Of a stretch of DNA of 64,000 nt, positions 62,499 to 64,000 are shown in pieces. Position numbers and translations under genes: made by a program. The DNA is from Moniliella sp. 'wahieum' (lineage: Eukaryota), in NCBI GenBank assembly GCA_003971905.1, contig RSEE01000018.1, forward strand, positions 248,001 to 312,000, written 5' to 3'. Within the stretch, counting starts at the first letter, position 1, and every line of letters begins with the position of its first letter. Under the pieces are notes generated by a model, which was given only the letters and a program-made list of their open reading frames with translations, ran no database searches and was not told where the DNA came from.

Positions 62499-63797
62499 TC
62501 ACCACCACCATCCTCCGGCCCTGCACCAGGCCGTTAAGTCCCCCTCGGATGCAGGGGGCACGACGGCGCCTTCGGGGTCGAGCTGCAGGGCGCGGGAGCG
62601 TGTTTGGAGCTGGACACTACTGGTTCGGGCGGCCTCGGCAAACGCGCGGTCCAACTCGGCGGCTTCCTGGGGATCTTCCACATCCGCTTCCAAGTCGGCG
62701 TAGGCGCGGCACATAGGACACGTAAACGCCGGATGACAGCGGAGCAACAGGGGGCGAATGCACTTGTAATGAAACGCATGCGAGCACGGTGCGAGAAACA
62801 ACGATTGGCACACCGATACGTTGAAGAGGCAGATGCAGCATTCCGATACTGGGGGGGAGGTGGCCGGGGAAGAGGAGGAAGTGGAGGTTGAAGTGGAAGT
62901 GGACGTGGAAAGGGAAGTGGAAGTGGGGTGGGAGGAAGTGGATGCACCGATCGGAGCAGCCGTTGTAGTTGCGCCAGCGGCAGCCGACGCGCCAGGCAGA
63001 GCGTCCCCCCTCGTAACTGGCTTGGCAACGCTGGTGGCATCGGGTTCAGCGTCGTCGGGATCGTTTCTGGGCTCGTCTCTGGTTCGGCCGGCCGACTGGA
63101 GCGTGCGCAGTTGTCGCAAGGCAGCCATGTTGAACTCGTTGGGACGATGTTGCCAGGAGCGATTGAGTTCAACACGCATCAAGACAGCACGATAGTTCTG
63201 TTCGGTGCGCGACTGGTAATCCACCCCGAGCTGAATACAGTCGCCATCGCGAATTTGGATCGGGGGCGAAGTATGGCCCGGCTCGGCAAGCCGGTGGTGG
63301 TTGAGAAACGTACCAGAACTCGAACCGGTATCACGAAGGAAAAATTGCCCCGTCCAGTCGCACCAGAGATGCGCGTGACTGCGACTGACCACCTTGCTCA
63401 AAAACGAAATCCGCTCTTGGTCGATCCACCCGCCTTCGCCCCCCTGGCTGGGATCGTGCCGCCCCGTGCGCCCGGACGCGGGTGCAAGACCGCCGTGGGC
63501 AGGTGGGCAAACATTCGGCCTGCCACTCCGGTCCGGTCGGTGAAGCGGCCAACGTGAATCACCGGCGATGGCTGCACTGGCGAGACGGGGTCAAGTCGCG
63601 CTCGATCGCATCGAACACGACGGGAGTGCGGCTGCGGGAGATATGGGGGACGAGACGGATGCGGTAGGTGGGCGGTGTGGTGGAGGGAGGAGGGGTGCTG
63701 GCACGGAAGCGGGATCGGAGGGAGTGGAGGGGGCAGAGGGGGCAGAGGGGTCGGGCGGGGCGTGGGGCGTGGGAGCGGCCATGGGGCGGTCGGACAT
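62499..63797 (-). CDS. DMA1: FHA-RING E3 ubiquitin ligase (Dma1/Dma2-like)
   Basis: RIRLVPH, IHVGRFTDR, SKVVSRSHA, FLRDTGSSSGTFLN, GDCIQLGVDY, and RING CCICL..LFLAPCSHAFHYKCIRPLL..FTCPMCRAYADLE. The true stop may be further downstream. Confidence 0.93.
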
Positions 63798-64000
63798 GGC
63801 GGCAATAGCGACGACGGTAGCGACGGGGGCTAATGGGTGGCGCCAGCGATGGAAATGGGGCGATGGGGCGAGGGAGAGGCGAGGGCGAGGGTGCTGGCGA
63901 AGACGACGGCGGTGGCGATGGCAAGGGGAGGAGAGGAGGCGGTGGTGGAAGCGAGCGCTTGGGCCGAGTGGAGAGGCCGCCAGCCAGCTGCGGCCCCCCC

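Overview
This is GC-rich eukaryotic DNA from a fungus. Short GT..AG introns with CTRAC branch points, intron-containing tRNAs and the protein families point to a basidiomycete; a smut-like Ustilaginomycotina is my inference. Nearly every gene is split across reading frames by single-base losses in short homopolymers, which looks like uncorrected long-read error, so CDS limits are approximate. Left to right the window holds: a CRE-clade RLE non-LTR retrotransposon running off the left edge; RPA12; an SPT23/MGA2-like factor; divergent CFIm25 and RPC31; Ras1; a Pho85-type cyclin; formate dehydrogenase; PTC1 PP2C; an accessory block of about 12.5 kb; divergent ELMO and HSE1; an aldo-keto reductase; an orphan gene; divergent ARV1 and ESS1; tRNA-Ser(AGA); a GH5 glucanase; MGS1; and DMA1. 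The accessory block contains a repeat-protein ORF, a CMGC pseudokinase interrupted by a solo LTR with a perfect 5-bp TSD, tRNA-Val(AAC) and a Ty3/Gypsy gag relic. The most striking unexplained signal is a family of intergenic 7-bp-period arrays built from different but equivalent palindromes centred on T-N-A. I found no clearly novel multi-gene system.
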